NCBI GenBank assembly: GCA_036375455.1
Contig: DASURV010000077.1
Coordinates: 10,367-74,366 of the forward strand
Origin: Casimicrobiaceae bacterium
GTDB taxonomy: Bacteria; Pseudomonadota; Gammaproteobacteria; Burkholderiales; Casimicrobiaceae
Direction of reading: 5' to 3'
DNA: 64,000 nucleotides
In this document: positions 53,017-64,000 of the stretch, piece after piece
How positions within the stretch are numbered: the stretch's first letter is position 1
Layout: every line of letters begins with the position of its first letter
Program-made: the position numbers and the translations under genes
The notes under the pieces: generated by a model
Told to the model about the DNA's origin: nothing
Databases searched by the model: none
The model's input: only the letters and a program-made list of their open reading frames with translations

Positions 53017-53589
53017 ATGGACCCGCTCGTCCTGACCGTCGACATGGCCGGCCTCCCCCAGGCTTGGGTGGAGCTGGAGGAAGCGATCACTTACCACGCG
53101 AAGCAGATGGTCGCGTGGTCGCTCGGCGCCGTCGTGCGCGAGTTTCGCGGCGGGTGGCAGCGCGACGGCTCGCGCTCGCGGATCTCGACCAAGTCGATCC
53201 TGGCGATCAAGGGCACGGCCGGGCGTCCGCACTCGCACACGCCCAGCCTGACCAATCCGATGCTGTTCGCGCGCGACCGCCAGGTGTGCGCGTACTGCGG
53301 CGGCCGGTTCCTGTATCGCGACCTCTCGCGCGACCACATCGTTCCCGCCTCCCGCGGGGGCCGCGACACCTGGATGAATTCGGTCACCGCCTGCCGCGGC
53401 TGCAACACGCGCAAGGGCAACCGCGCGCCGGAGCAGGCCAACATGCCGCTGCTCTACGTGCCGTACGTGCCGAACCGGCACGAGCATTTCATCCTGCGCA
53501 ATCGCCGCATCCTCGCCGACCAGATGGAATACCTGCTCGCGGGCGTGCCGCGCACGAGCCGCCTCCACCCGACGCCACACGCCGCCTAG
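53017..53589 (+). CDS. HNH endonuclease (McrA-like, zinc-binding)
   Basis: RDRQVCAYCG, RDHIVP, NSVTACRGCNTRK; TACAAT 7 nt before ATG. Confidence 0.9.
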   Translation: MDPLVLTVDMAGLPQAWVELEEAITYHAKQMVAWSLGAVVREFRGGWQRDGSRSRISTKSILAIKGTAGRPHSHTPSLTNPMLFARDRQVCAYCGGRFLYRDLSRDHIVPASRGGRDTWMNSVTACRGCNTRKGNRAPEQANMPLLYVPYVPNRHEHFILRNRRILADQMEYLLAGVPRTSRLHPTPHAA

Positions 53590-53727
53590 TGCGGCGTTGT
53601 CGATTCTGGGACCGCCCCGGCGTCGACGCCGGCTCGCACGGGCCGCCGTGCGGTAGCATTGCGGCTCGCCGCGCGGCCGTGGACCGGATGCGCCGCCGAT
53701 CGGTATCTTCCAGGGAGAACGACAGCA

Positions 53728-54729
53728 ATGCACGCACGCCGCAGCAGGTTGAAGCTCGCCGCCGCCATCCTCGCGCTCTCGCTCGCGGGCGGCTCCCCGC
53801 TCGCCTTCGCGCAGGCGAGGCTCAAGGTCGCGGCCGTGTACACGGTGCCGGTCGAGCAGCAATGGGTCTCGCGGATCCACAAGGCGCTCAACGCGGCGAA
53901 GGAGCGCGGCGAGATCGACTACGTGTTCTCGGAGAAGGTGGCGAACGCCGACTACGAGCGCGTGATGCGCGAGTTCGCGGAGAAGGGCAACCAGCTCATC
54001 GTCGGCGAATCGTTCGCCGTCGAGGCGGCGGCGCGCAAGGTCGCGAACGACTATCCGAAGACCGCGTTCCTGATGGGCTCGTCGGGCAAGCCGCAGCCGC
54101 CGAATTTTGCCGTCTTCGACAATTACATCCAGGAGCCCGCCTATCTGACCGGGATGATCGCCGGCGGCATGACGAAGACGAACCGGATCGGCATGGTCGG
54201 CGGCTATCCGATTCCGGAAGTCAACCGGCTGATGCACGCGTTCATGGCCGGCGCGAAGGAGATCAACCCGAAGGTGCAGTTCACCGTCACGTTCATCGGC
54301 TCGTGGTTCGACCCGCCCAAGGCGAAGGAGGCGGCGTTCGCGATGATCGAGAAGGGCGCCGACGTCATGTACGCCGAGCGCTTCGGCGTTTCCGACGCGG
54401 CCAAGGAGCGCGGCAAGCTCGCGATCGGCAACGTCATCGACACCCAGAAGGAGTATCCGAACACCGTCGTCGCCTCGGCGCTGTGGAACATGGAGCCGAC
54501 GATCGACCGCTCGATCAAGGCGGTCAAGGGCGGGGCGTTCAAGGCCGAGGATTACGGCCAGTACTCGCTGATGAAGTACAAGGGGTCCGAGCTCGCGCCG
54601 CTCGGCACCTTCGCAGACAAGGTTCCGGCCGACCTGCAGGCGAAGGTGAAGGCGAAGGAGAAGGAAATCCTCGACGGCAGGTTCAATGTGCCCGTCGTCG
54701 AGACGGAGCCGAAGTCGACGGCGAAGTGA
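53728..54729 (+). CDS. BMP family nucleoside/nucleobase ABC substrate-binding protein
   Basis: Signal peptide, EPAYLTGMIAG, IPEVNRL, FIGSWFDP. Confidence 0.9.
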   Translation: MHARRSRLKLAAAILALSLAGGSPLAFAQARLKVAAVYTVPVEQQWVSRIHKALNAAKERGEIDYVFSEKVANADYERVMREFAEKGNQLIVGESFAVEAAARKVANDYPKTAFLMGSSGKPQPPNFAVFDNYIQEPAYLTGMIAGGMTKTNRIGMVGGYPIPEVNRLMHAFMAGAKEINPKVQFTVTFIGSWFDPPKAKEAAFAMIEKGADVMYAERFGVSDAAKERGKLAIGNVIDTQKEYPNTVVASALWNMEPTIDRSIKAVKGGAFKAEDYGQYSLMKYKGSELAPLGTFADKVPADLQAKVKAKEKEILDGRFNVPVVETEPKSTAK

Positions 54730-54734
54730 GCGCA

Positions 54735-54771
54735 ATGGGGCCGGAGCCGATCTTGCGCGCGCCGGCTCCAT
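54735..54771 (+). terminator. Intercistronic stem-loop after binding-protein gene (mRNA stabiliser/attenuator)
   Basis: ATGGGGCCGG pairs with CCGGCTCCAT; no U-tract. Confidence 0.4.
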
Positions 54772-54778
54772 CCCGACG

Positions 54779-56338
54779 GTGAGCGATCCGCGCGAACCCG
54801 TCCTGCGGCTCGCCGGCATCACCAAGCGGTTCGGCGAGCTCGTCGCGAACGACGGGATCTCGCTCGATCTCGGCCGCGGCGAGGTGCTCGCGCTGCTCGG
54901 GGAGAACGGCGCCGGCAAGTCGACGCTCGTCTCGATCCTCTTCGGCCATTACGTCGCCGACGCGGGCTCGATCACGGCGTTCGGAGTCCCGCTGCGTGCG
55001 GGCGACCCCGCCGCGGCGCTCGCCGCGGGCATCGGCATGGTGCACCAGCACTTCACGCTGGCCGACAACCTGACGGTGCAGGAGAACATCGTGCTCGGCA
55101 CCGAGCCGCTGTGGTCGTGGCGCGCGCATCGCGCGGCGGCGCGCACGAGGCTCGTGCAGACGGCGCAACGCTTCGGCCTGCGCGTCGACCCCGACGCGCG
55201 CGCCGGCACGCTCTCCGTGGGGGAGCGGCAGCGGGTGGAGATCCTCAAGGCGCTGTACCGCGGCGTGCGCGTCCTGATCCTCGACGAGCCGACGTCGGTG
55301 CTGACGCCGCAGGAGACCGAGGCGCTGTTCGCGACGCTCTCGCGCCTCGTCGGCGAGGGGTTGTCGATCATCTTCATCAGCCACAAGCTGCACGAGGTGC
55401 TGCGCGTGGCCAATCGCATCGCCGTGCTGCGTGCCGGCCGGCTGGTGGCGACCCTCGATGCGGCGGCTGCCGATCCGGCCGGGCTCGCCGAGCTGATGGT
55501 GGGCCGCAGCGTGCGCCAGCCCGTGCCGCGGGCGCACCGGCGCGGCGACGTCGTGTGCGCGCTCTCGGATCTGCACGTTGCCGGTGCGAAGCACGCCGCC
55601 GCGCTCCGCGGCGTGTCGCTTCGCCTGCGGGCGGGCGAGGTGGTCGGGATCGCCGGCGTCTCGGGGAACGGGCAGGACGCGCTCGCCGACGTGCTGTGCG
55701 GGCTGCGCGCGCCGACCTCCGGCACCGTGACGCTCGCAGCGCGCGCGATGCCGGCGGATCCGCGGGCGTGGATCGACGCGTGCGTCGCGCGCATTCCCGA
55801 GGATCGGCAGGCGGTCGGCGTCATCGGCGACTTCACCGTGTGGGAGAACGCGATCGCCGAGCACTACCGGCGTCCGTTCGCGAGCGCGGGCATCCTGCGC
55901 CGCAGCGCGGCGCGGCGCTATGCGCGCACGCTCGTCGATCGCTTCGACATTCGCGGCGGCGGCCTCGACACGCCGGCGCGCGCGCTGTCGGGCGGCAACC
56001 TGCAGAAGCTGATTCTCGGCCGCGCGCTGAGCGGCGGCTCCGCGCGACCCGACGACTTCGCCCCCGTGCTGATCGTCGCGAGCCAGCCGACCTGGGGCCT
56101 CGACGTCGGCGCGGTCGCCTACGTGCATCAGCGCCTGCTCGACGCCGCGGCACGCGGTGCGGCGGTGCTGCTCGTGTCCGACGACCTCGACGAGATCCTC
56201 GCCCTCGCCGATCGGATCGCGGTCATGCACGCCGGGCGCCTCACGTCCGCGCGTCCCGCCGCCGAGTGGACACGCGGCGAGATCGGGCTGGCGATGGCGG
56301 GCTCGGCTGCCACCGCGCAGGCCGCCGATGCGGCTTGA
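54779..56338 (+). CDS. Nucleoside-type ABC transporter ATP-binding protein (two ABC domains)
   Basis: GENGAGKST, GMVHQHF, ILDEPT, LSGGNLQK, QPTWGLD. Confidence 0.93.
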   Translation: MSDPREPVLRLAGITKRFGELVANDGISLDLGRGEVLALLGENGAGKSTLVSILFGHYVADAGSITAFGVPLRAGDPAAALAAGIGMVHQHFTLADNLTVQENIVLGTEPLWSWRAHRAAARTRLVQTAQRFGLRVDPDARAGTLSVGERQRVEILKALYRGVRVLILDEPTSVLTPQETEALFATLSRLVGEGLSIIFISHKLHEVLRVANRIAVLRAGRLVATLDAAAADPAGLAELMVGRSVRQPVPRAHRRGDVVCALSDLHVAGAKHAAALRGVSLRLRAGEVVGIAGVSGNGQDALADVLCGLRAPTSGTVTLAARAMPADPRAWIDACVARIPEDRQAVGVIGDFTVWENAIAEHYRRPFASAGILRRSAARRYARTLVDRFDIRGGGLDTPARALSGGNLQKLILGRALSGGSARPDDFAPVLIVASQPTWGLDVGAVAYVHQRLLDAAARGAAVLLVSDDLDEILALADRIAVMHAGRLTSARPAAEWTRGEIGLAMAGSAATAQAADAA

Positions 56339-57389
56339 GGCGCGAGCGTCGCTGTCGCGCGTCGCGCTCGTCGTCGCGCCGTTCGCGGCGCTCGCGTTCA
56401 CGCTCGCCGCAACGATGGCGCTCGTCGCCTGGGCCGGCGCGCCGATTCGCGAAACCTACGCGCTGATGTTCGCGGGCGGCTTCGGCTCGCGCTTCGCCTG
56501 GAGCGAAACGCTCACGCGCGCAACCCCGCTGATATTGACGGGCCTCGCCGCCGCGGTCGCGTTTCGCGCGCGCCTGTGGAACATCGGCGCCGAGGGCCAG
56601 CTTTACGCGGGCGCGCTGGCCGCCGTGGCGGTGGGCGGCCTGCACGGCGGCGCCGGCTTCGACGTGCCCGTCGCCGTGCTCTTCCCCGCGATGCTCGGCG
56701 CCGCGATCCTCGCTGGGGCGCTGCTGCTGCTCGTGCCGACGCTGCTGCGCACGCGCTTCGGCGTCGACGAGGTCGTGACGACGCTGCTGCTGAACTTCAT
56801 CGTGCTGCTGTTCGTGTCGATGCTGCTCGACGGACCGATGAAGGACCCGGCCGCCCTCGGCTGGCCGCAGAGCGTCGCGCTGCGCGACGATCTGCAGCTC
56901 GACAAGCTCGTGGCCCGCACGCGCGTGCACACCGGGCTGCTGTACGCGGTCGCGCTGGCTGCGCTGCTCGCGTTCGTCATGCGCTTCACGACGCTCGGCT
57001 TCGAGGCGCGCGCCGTCGGCGCGAACGCGCGCGCCGCCGCGTTCGTCGGCGTGCCGGTCGCGCGCACGATCGCGATCGTCGCCGCGATTTCGGGGGGACT
57101 CGCCGGGCTCGCCGGGGCGATCGAGGTCGCGGGCCGCACCGGTTACGTCACGCTCGACATGTCGCCCGGATACGGCTACGGCGGCATCGTCGTCGCGATG
57201 CTGGCCGGGCTGAATCCGCTCGGCGTGGTCGCCGCCGCGATCTTCATCGCCGGCGTGCTCGTCGGCGCCGACAGCATGAGCCGCGGCGTCGCGGTGCCGA
57301 CGTACATCGCCGACGTCATCGTCGCGGTGGCGCTGCTCTCGATGCTGGTCGCGACGCTGTTCGCCCGCTATCGGTTGCGCCTGAGATAG
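56328..57389 (+). CDS. Nucleoside-type ABC transporter permease 1
   Basis: WNIGAEGQ, DEVVTTLLLN, GYGYGGIVVAML. Confidence 0.92.
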   Translation: MRLEARASLSRVALVVAPFAALAFTLAATMALVAWAGAPIRETYALMFAGGFGSRFAWSETLTRATPLILTGLAAAVAFRARLWNIGAEGQLYAGALAAVAVGGLHGGAGFDVPVAVLFPAMLGAAILAGALLLLVPTLLRTRFGVDEVVTTLLLNFIVLLFVSMLLDGPMKDPAALGWPQSVALRDDLQLDKLVARTRVHTGLLYAVALAALLAFVMRFTTLGFEARAVGANARAAAFVGVPVARTIAIVAAISGGLAGLAGAIEVAGRTGYVTLDMSPGYGYGGIVVAMLAGLNPLGVVAAAIFIAGVLVGADSMSRGVAVPTYIADVIVAVALLSMLVATLFARYRLRLR

Positions 57390-57463
57390 ACCGCACATGA
57401 GACATCCTGTGTCAACCCCGTGCCGCGTTGAGAGCCAGCGCGGCGCCGTGTAGAGGTTGCCCA

Positions 57464-58390
57464 GTGAGCGCCGGGGACGTCGTCGCCCTCTTCGCCAACG
57501 CCGACTTCTGGTCGGCGGTGCTGCGCATCGCCACGCCGCTGATCCTCGGCACGCTCGGCGTGCTGCTGTGCGAGCGCGCGGGCGTGCTGAACCTCGGGAT
57601 CGAGGGCATCATGGTGGCCGGCGCGTTCACGGGCTGGCTCGCCGTCTACTACGGCGGCAACCTGTGGGCGGGGGTCGCGGTGGCCGCGGCAACGGGCGCG
57701 GCCTTCGGCCTGCTGCACGCGCTGCTCACGGTCGCGCTCGCGCTGTCGCAGCATGTGTCCGGCCTCGGCATCACGCTCGCCGCGACGAGCCTGTCGTATT
57801 ACGCGTATCGCGTCGGATTCCCCAACGTGTCGAGCCCACCGACGATCGAGCCGTTCGCGGAGGTGGCCGCGCTGCGCATTCCGGTGCTCTCGGCGCAGAC
57901 GCCGCTCACGCTGGCCACGCTCGTCGCCGTGCCGGTGCTCGCCTGGGTGCTGTATCGCACGCCGCTCGGGCTCGCCGTGCGGATGGTGGGCGAGAACCCG
58001 GCGGCCGTCGAGGGCCAGGGCATCGACGTCGTGCGCCTGCGCACCGGCGCCATCGTCGCGGGCTCGGCGCTGATGGGCGTCGCCGGCGCGTTCCTGACGC
58101 TGTCCGCCTTCAACGCGTTCTATTTCAACATGGTGAACGGACGCGGGTGGATCTGCATCGCGCTGGTCGTCTTCGCGGGGTGGCGTCCCGGGAAGGCGCT
58201 CGCGGGCGCGCTGCTGTTCGCGTTCTTCGATGCGCTGCAGTTGCGCCTCCAGCAGCAGGCCGGCGGCGTTCCCTATCAGCTTTACCTGATGCTGCCGTAC
58301 CTGCTGTCGATCGTCGCGCTGATCGCCGTCGCGCGGCGCGCCGCCTATCCGCAGGCGCTGATGAAGCCCTGGCGCAAGGGCGAGCGCTGA
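57464..58390 (+). CDS. Nucleoside-type ABC transporter permease 2
   Basis: ERAGVLNLGIEG, GENP, GRGWICIAL, LPYL. Confidence 0.92.
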   Translation: MSAGDVVALFANADFWSAVLRIATPLILGTLGVLLCERAGVLNLGIEGIMVAGAFTGWLAVYYGGNLWAGVAVAAATGAAFGLLHALLTVALALSQHVSGLGITLAATSLSYYAYRVGFPNVSSPPTIEPFAEVAALRIPVLSAQTPLTLATLVAVPVLAWVLYRTPLGLAVRMVGENPAAVEGQGIDVVRLRTGAIVAGSALMGVAGAFLTLSAFNAFYFNMVNGRGWICIALVVFAGWRPGKALAGALLFAFFDALQLRLQQQAGGVPYQLYLMLPYLLSIVALIAVARRAAYPQALMKPWRKGER

Positions 58391-58396
58391 AGCGGC

Positions 58397-58412
58397 TGGC
58401 ATGTCCTTTGCG
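58397..58412 (+). promoter_or_regulatory. Sigma54 (-24/-12) promoter upstream of urc1-like gene
   Basis: TGGCATG-TCCT-TTGC; GG 58398-58399 and GC 58410-58411 separated by 10 nt. Confidence 0.7.
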
Positions 58413-58464
58413 GCGGATCGAAGGCGTATATTGGAACGTTTTCGGAGCACCCGGAGCGACCTCG

Positions 58465-59723
<1,259 letters not shown>

Positions 59724-59724
<1 letters not shown>

Positions 59725-60944
59725 TGCTCGCGGATCCGCAGGCCGCCTCGACGGAGCTCGACTCGACACGCGCGGTCCGCGAGCGCTGCGCGAACATCAC
59801 CGGCGCGGTCGAGGCGGGGCACTCGAGGCATTTCCGGATCGACCGCGACCGCCTGCAGCCCGCCGCGCGTGCGGTCGCCGACGTCACGCGCCGGCGCTAT
59901 CGCGATCTCGCGATCCCCTACCACAGCCGCTGGCGCCATTTCGACGCGGGCGGCGTGCGTCGCACCGACGAGCTCGGCCGGCGGCTGCGCGACATGAGTG
60001 TCGCCGAACGCCTGCGCGCGCAGGTGGATCTGACGATCGTCAGCGTGCTGCTCGACGCCGGAGCCGGTGCGAGCTGGCGCTACCGCGAGCCGGGAACGAT
60101 CGACGACTACGTGCGCTCGGAGGGGCTCGCCGTCGCGAGCCTCCTCGCATTCATGGGCGGCGCGTGGTCGGCGTCGGAAGGCGAGCCGCTGCGAGTCGAT
60201 GCGGCGGCGCTGACCGGCACCGACGCGACGACGCTCGGCTACTGGTTCCAGGTGAGCGAGCGCAATCCGCTGGCGGGGCTCGAGGGGCGCGCGGCGCTGC
60301 TGCGGCGCCTCGGCGAAGCGCTCGAGACGCGTCCCGATCGCTTCGGGCTGACGGCGCGCCCGTCGGCGCTGTTCGACCGGATGCTCGGCTCCCGCACCAT
60401 TTCCGCGGCCGCGATCCTGCGTGCGATTCTCGACGGCTTCGGCGGCATCTGGCATGCCCCGCCGCGGAGCGGCGGCGCTGGCGCGGTCCGGGGCGACGTG
60501 TGGTCCCATCGCCACGCCGGCGGCGCGGGCGAGACCGCCGGATGGGTGCCGTTCCACAAGTTGTCGCAGTGGCTCGCGTATTCGCTGTTCGAGCCCTTCG
60601 AGCGGGCCGGGCTGGAGGTCACCGATCGGGACGCGCTGACCGGCCTGCCGGAATATCGCAACGGCGGCCTGCTGATCGACAGCGGCGTGCTGAGGCTCAC
60701 CGACGACTCCGCCCGGGGGACGCTGTGGGATCCCGGGGACGAGGTCATCGTCGAGTGGCGGGCGCTCACCGTCACGCTGCTCGACGATCTCGCGCCATGC
60801 GTCCGGGCGGAGCTCGACCGGCCGGATCTGCCGCTCGCCTGCATCCTCGAGGGGGGAACGTGGGCGACCGGTCGCGAATACGCGGCGCGGCTGCGCAACG
60901 GCGAGCCGCCGCTGCGGGTGCGCTCGGACGGAACCGTGTTCTAG
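59724..60944 (+). CDS. Urc4 / DUF1688 family protein
   Basis: [62 protein letters not shown]; TGATG coupling. Confidence 0.88.
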
Positions 60945-60957
60945 GGGGAGGGAACCG

Positions 60958-61590
60958 ATGTCCGCGCAGGTCAACGTGCTGGATCATCCGCTGATCCAGC
61001 ACAAGCTCACGTTGATGCGCCGCCGGGAGACGAGCACGACGAACTTCCGCCGGCTCGCCGCCGAAATCGGCACGCTGATGGCGTACGAAGTCACGCGCGA
61101 CATGCCGATGCACGAGGTCGAGATCGAGACGCCGCTCGAGACGATGCGCTCGAAGCTGATCGACGGCAAGAAGCTCGTCTTCGTGCCGATCCTGCGCGCG
61201 GGGACCGGCCTGCTCGACGGCTTCCTCAACGTCGTTCCCGGCGCGCGGGTCGGCCACGTCGGCCTCTACCGCGACCCGAAGACGCTCGTCGCCGTCGAGT
61301 ACTACTTCAAGATGCCGGGCGGCATGCACGAGCGCGATGCGATCGTGCTCGACCCGATGCTGGCGACCGGCAACTCGGCGGTCGCCGCCGTCGAGCGGCT
61401 CAAGGAGACGCAGCCGCGCTCGATCCGGATGGTGTGCCTCGTCTCCTGCCCCGAGGGCATCCGCACGTTCCAGGAGGCGCATCCCGAGGTGCCGCTTTAT
61501 ACGGCGGCGGTCGATCGGCAACTGAACGATCACGGCTACATCGTCCCGGGACTGGGCGACGCTGGCGACCGCATTTTCGGCACCAAGTGA
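60958..61590 (+). CDS. upp: Uracil phosphoribosyltransferase
   Basis: [32 protein letters not shown]. Confidence 0.96.
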   Translation: MSAQVNVLDHPLIQHKLTLMRRRETSTTNFRRLAAEIGTLMAYEVTRDMPMHEVEIETPLETMRSKLIDGKKLVFVPILRAGTGLLDGFLNVVPGARVGHVGLYRDPKTLVAVEYYFKMPGGMHERDAIVLDPMLATGNSAVAAVERLKETQPRSIRMVCLVSCPEGIRTFQEAHPEVPLYTAAVDRQLNDHGYIVPGLGDAGDRIFGTK

Positions 61591-61600
61591 TCCGCGCATC

Positions 61601-62911
61601 ATGGCCGACCTGCTGATCCGCGACGTCGCGCTGCCGGACGGACGCACCGGGCAGGACGTGCTGATCGAGGCCGGCCGCATCGTCGACGTCGGGCCGCGCA
61701 TCGGCGCCGCCGCCGCGCAGACGATCGACGGCGCCGGCTGCCTGCTGTCGCCGCCGTTCGTCGACGCCCACTTCCACATGGACTCGACGCTCACGTACGG
61801 GATGCCGCGCGTCAACCGCAGCGGCACGCTGCTCGAGGGCATCGCGCTGTGGGGCGAGCTGAAGCCCACGCTCACGCAGGACGCGATCGTCGAGCGCGCG
61901 CTCGCCTATTGCGACTGGGCGCTCGCCAAGGGAACGACGGCGATCCGCTCGCACGTCGACGTCTGCGACGCACGCCTTGCCGCCGTCGAGGCGCTGCTGC
62001 ACGTGCGCGAGCGCGTCAGGCCGTATCTCGACCTGCAGCTCGTCGCGTTCCCGCAGGACGGCCTGCTGCGCAGCCCGGGTGCGCTGGCGAACCTGAAGCG
62101 CGCGCTCGCCCTCGGCGTCGACGTCGTCGGCGGCATCCCGCACTTCGAGCGCACGATGGCCGACGGCGCCGAGAGCGTGCGCATCCTGTGCGAGCTCGCC
62201 GCCGACGAAGGCCGGCTCGTCGACATGCACTGCGACGAGACCGACGATCCGTCGTCGCGGCACATCGAGACGCTCGCGTACTGGACGCAGCGCCTCGCGC
62301 TGCAGGGGCGGGTCACCGGCTCGCACCTGACGTCGATGCATTCGATGGACAACTACTACGTGTCCAAGCTGATCCCGCTGATCCGCGAGGCGCAGGTCGC
62401 CGCGGTCGCGAATCCGCTGATCAACATCACGATCCAGGGGCGCCACGATGCTTACCCGAAGCGCCGCGGCATGACGCGGGTGCCCGAGCTGATGGCGGCC
62501 GGGGTCGCCGTCGCGTTCGGCCACGATTGCGTGATGGACCCGTGGTATCCGCTCGGCAGCGCCGACATGCTCGAGGTGGCCGCGATGGGCCTGCACGTCG
62601 CGCAGATGACCGGCGAGGACGCGATGCGCGCCGCGTTCGACGCCGTGACGGTCAGCCCGGCCCGCATCCTCCACCTCGACGGCTACGGCATCGCGCCGGG
62701 GTGCCGCGCCGATTGCGTGCTGCTGCAGGCGCGCGACCCGATCGAGGCGATACGCCTGCGCGCGCCGCGCCTCAAGGTGGTTCGCGCCGGTCGGGTCGTG
62801 GCCGAGTCGCCGGCGGCGACCGCCACGCTGCACGTCGACGGGCGACCCGCCCGGGTCGACTGGATGCCTGCCCGCTCGCCGCGGAACTTGCCGCCGCGCC
62901 GGCCATCGTAA
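61601..62911 (+). CDS. codA: Cytosine deaminase-like amidohydrolase
   Basis: PFVDAHFH, SGTLLEGI, VAFPQDG, MHCDE, GHDCVMDPWY. Confidence 0.85.
   Translation: MADLLIRDVALPDGRTGQDVLIEAGRIVDVGPRIGAAAAQTIDGAGCLLSPPFVDAHFHMDSTLTYGMPRVNRSGTLLEGIALWGELKPTLTQDAIVERALAYCDWALAKGTTAIRSHVDVCDARLAAVEALLHVRERVRPYLDLQLVAFPQDGLLRSPGALANLKRALALGVDVVGGIPHFERTMADGAESVRILCELAADEGRLVDMHCDETDDPSSRHIETLAYWTQRLALQGRVTGSHLTSMHSMDNYYVSKLIPLIREAQVAAVANPLINITIQGRHDAYPKRRGMTRVPELMAAGVAVAFGHDCVMDPWYPLGSADMLEVAAMGLHVAQMTGEDAMRAAFDAVTVSPARILHLDGYGIAPGCRADCVLLQARDPIEAIRLRAPRLKVVRAGRVVAESPAATATLHVDGRPARVDWMPARSPRNLPPRRPS
62883..62910 (+). promoter_or_regulatory. RpoE/AlgU-type ECF promoter upstream of msrA
   Basis: GGAACTT-N16-TCGTA. 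Confidence 0.5.
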
Positions 62912-62965
62912 GGATTCCCCGCGCCTCGCCGACCAAGGCGCACCGGGGTCTACGAGGAGGTTGTC

Positions 62966-63604
62966 ATGCGCTGGACGAAGCTGCTGCTGTGGACGTTCGT
63001 TGCATCGGGAGCGGCGAATGCCGCGATTCCCGACTACGCCGCCGCGCCGCCGAAGGCCGCGGCACCCGGAGAGGCGACCGCCGTGTTCGCCGGCGGCTGC
63101 TTCTGGGGCGTGGACGCCGTGTTCAAGCACGTCAAGGGCGTCACCCATGTCGTTTCCGGTTATTCGGGCGGCGGCGCGGCGACCGCCAAGTACATGCTCG
63201 TCGGCAGCGGCACGACGGGCCACGCCGAGTCGGTCGAGGTGACGTACGATCCGTCGAAGATCGGCTACGCGGACCTGCTCAAGGTCTTCTTCGCGGTCGC
63301 GCACGACCCGACGCAGCTCAATCGCCAGGGCCCCGACTACGGGCCGCAATACCGCTCGGTGATCTTCTACGCCGATGCGCAGCAGAAGGAGCTTGCGCAG
63401 CGCTACATCGCGCAGCTCGACGCGGCGAAGAGCTTCGCCAAGCCGATCGTCACCGAGGTCGTGCCGCTCGACAAGTTCTATCCGGCCGAGGAGTACCACC
63501 AGAACTATCTCGCGCTGCATCCGACGCAGCCGTACATCGTCTACAACGACCTGCCGAAGCTGCAGGCGCTGAAGCACGAGTTCCCGGGCTGGTACAAGCC
63601 GTAG
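62966..63604 (+). CDS. msrA: Peptide methionine sulfoxide reductase A with signal peptide
   Basis: GGCFWG, GHAESV, HDPTQLNRQG, AEEYHQNY; N-terminal export signal. Confidence 0.93.
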   Translation: MRWTKLLLWTFVASGAANAAIPDYAAAPPKAAAPGEATAVFAGGCFWGVDAVFKHVKGVTHVVSGYSGGGAATAKYMLVGSGTTGHAESVEVTYDPSKIGYADLLKVFFAVAHDPTQLNRQGPDYGPQYRSVIFYADAQQKELAQRYIAQLDAAKSFAKPIVTEVVPLDKFYPAEEYHQNYLALHPTQPYIVYNDLPKLQALKHEFPGWYKP

Positions 63605-63623
63605 CGGGGTCCTGCGGACGCGG

Positions 63624-64000
63624 ATGAAGATCGCCACCTGGAACGTCAACGGCATCCGCGCGCGCGAGGCGCAGTTCTGCGAATGGGTCGAGCGCGACCG
63701 GCCCGACGTGATCTGCCTGCAGGAGCTCAAGGCCGAGCGCGACCAGATTCCGCAGCGCTGCCACCACGACGACTATCACGTGTACTGGCACGGCCTGCGC
63801 GCGTACTCGGGCGTGTCGCTGCACGTGCGCAGGACGCTGCACGAAGGCCCGCCGCTGTTCACGCATCCGGACTTCGACATGGAGGCGCGCATCGTCCAGG
63901 TCGCGCTCGGCGACCTCGTCGTCGCATCCGTCTACGTGCCGAACGGGGGCAAGGACTACGCGGCGAAGATCGCGTTCCTCACGAGGCTCGCCGCCTGGGC
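63624..64000 (+). CDS. xth: Exodeoxyribonuclease III family (partial, runs off window end)
   Basis: Manual translation MKIATWNVNGIRAR...PDVICLQELK...YSGVS...SVYVPNG. Confidence 0.88.
   Translation, partial: MKIATWNVNGIRAREAQFCEWVERDRPDVICLQELKAERDQIPQRCHHDDYHVYWHGLRAYSGVSLHVRRTLHEGPPLFTHPDFDMEARIVQVALGDLVVASVYVPNGGKDYAAKIAFLTRLAAW

Noticed and set aside
52454-53589. HNH plus upstream RNA as IscB/HEARO, TIGR-Tas or CRISPR system
   Set aside because: 190-aa protein lacks RuvC, PLMP or Nop domains; only two 11-bp repeats, no regular array
57390-57463. 74-bp gap with small hairpins between the two permease genes
   Set aside because: No second copy seen in the window and no recognisable element; insufficient evidence for REP/MITE

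Overview
High-GC (~70%) chromosomal segment of a free-living betaproteobacterium; gene content and the DUF5648-like secreted protein suggest a Casimicrobiaceae/Usitatibacter-like lineage (inference). About 60 tightly packed CDSs. No rRNA, tRNA, CRISPR array, integrase, transposase or prophage gene was recognised. Core loci: ubiJ-Tim44-ubiE, pilU-pilT divergent from yggS-proC-yggT, pdxA-rsmA, prfC, fadH, ctaA, msrA, xth. Accessory modules: a mutarotase/lactonase/GH31 sugar cassette, MoxR-GNAT-vWA, a QseBC/PmrAB-like two-component system with degQ, CorA-like/TPR/HupE-UreJ, TRAP-TauD, LysR/DoxX-GST-dioxygenase, a stand-alone LigD polymerase and cyclase-FHA/P450/hydrolase. Most notable: (1) a URC-type pyrimidine catabolic operon (BMP ABC importer, Urc1-like GTP cyclohydrolase II, Urc4/DUF1688, upp, cytosine deaminase) with a sigma54-type promoter just before urc1; (2) yggS and proC in one reading frame; (3) a hairpin-dense 560-bp non-coding region with two anti-Shine-Dalgarno-like repeats upstream of an HNH nuclease; (4) a large divergent CorA resembling CRISPR-associated CorA effectors but with no CRISPR context; (5) two identically spaced PmrA/QseB-type boxes defining a local regulon. 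All family calls come from motif recognition by eye, not database searches, and start codons are best estimates.
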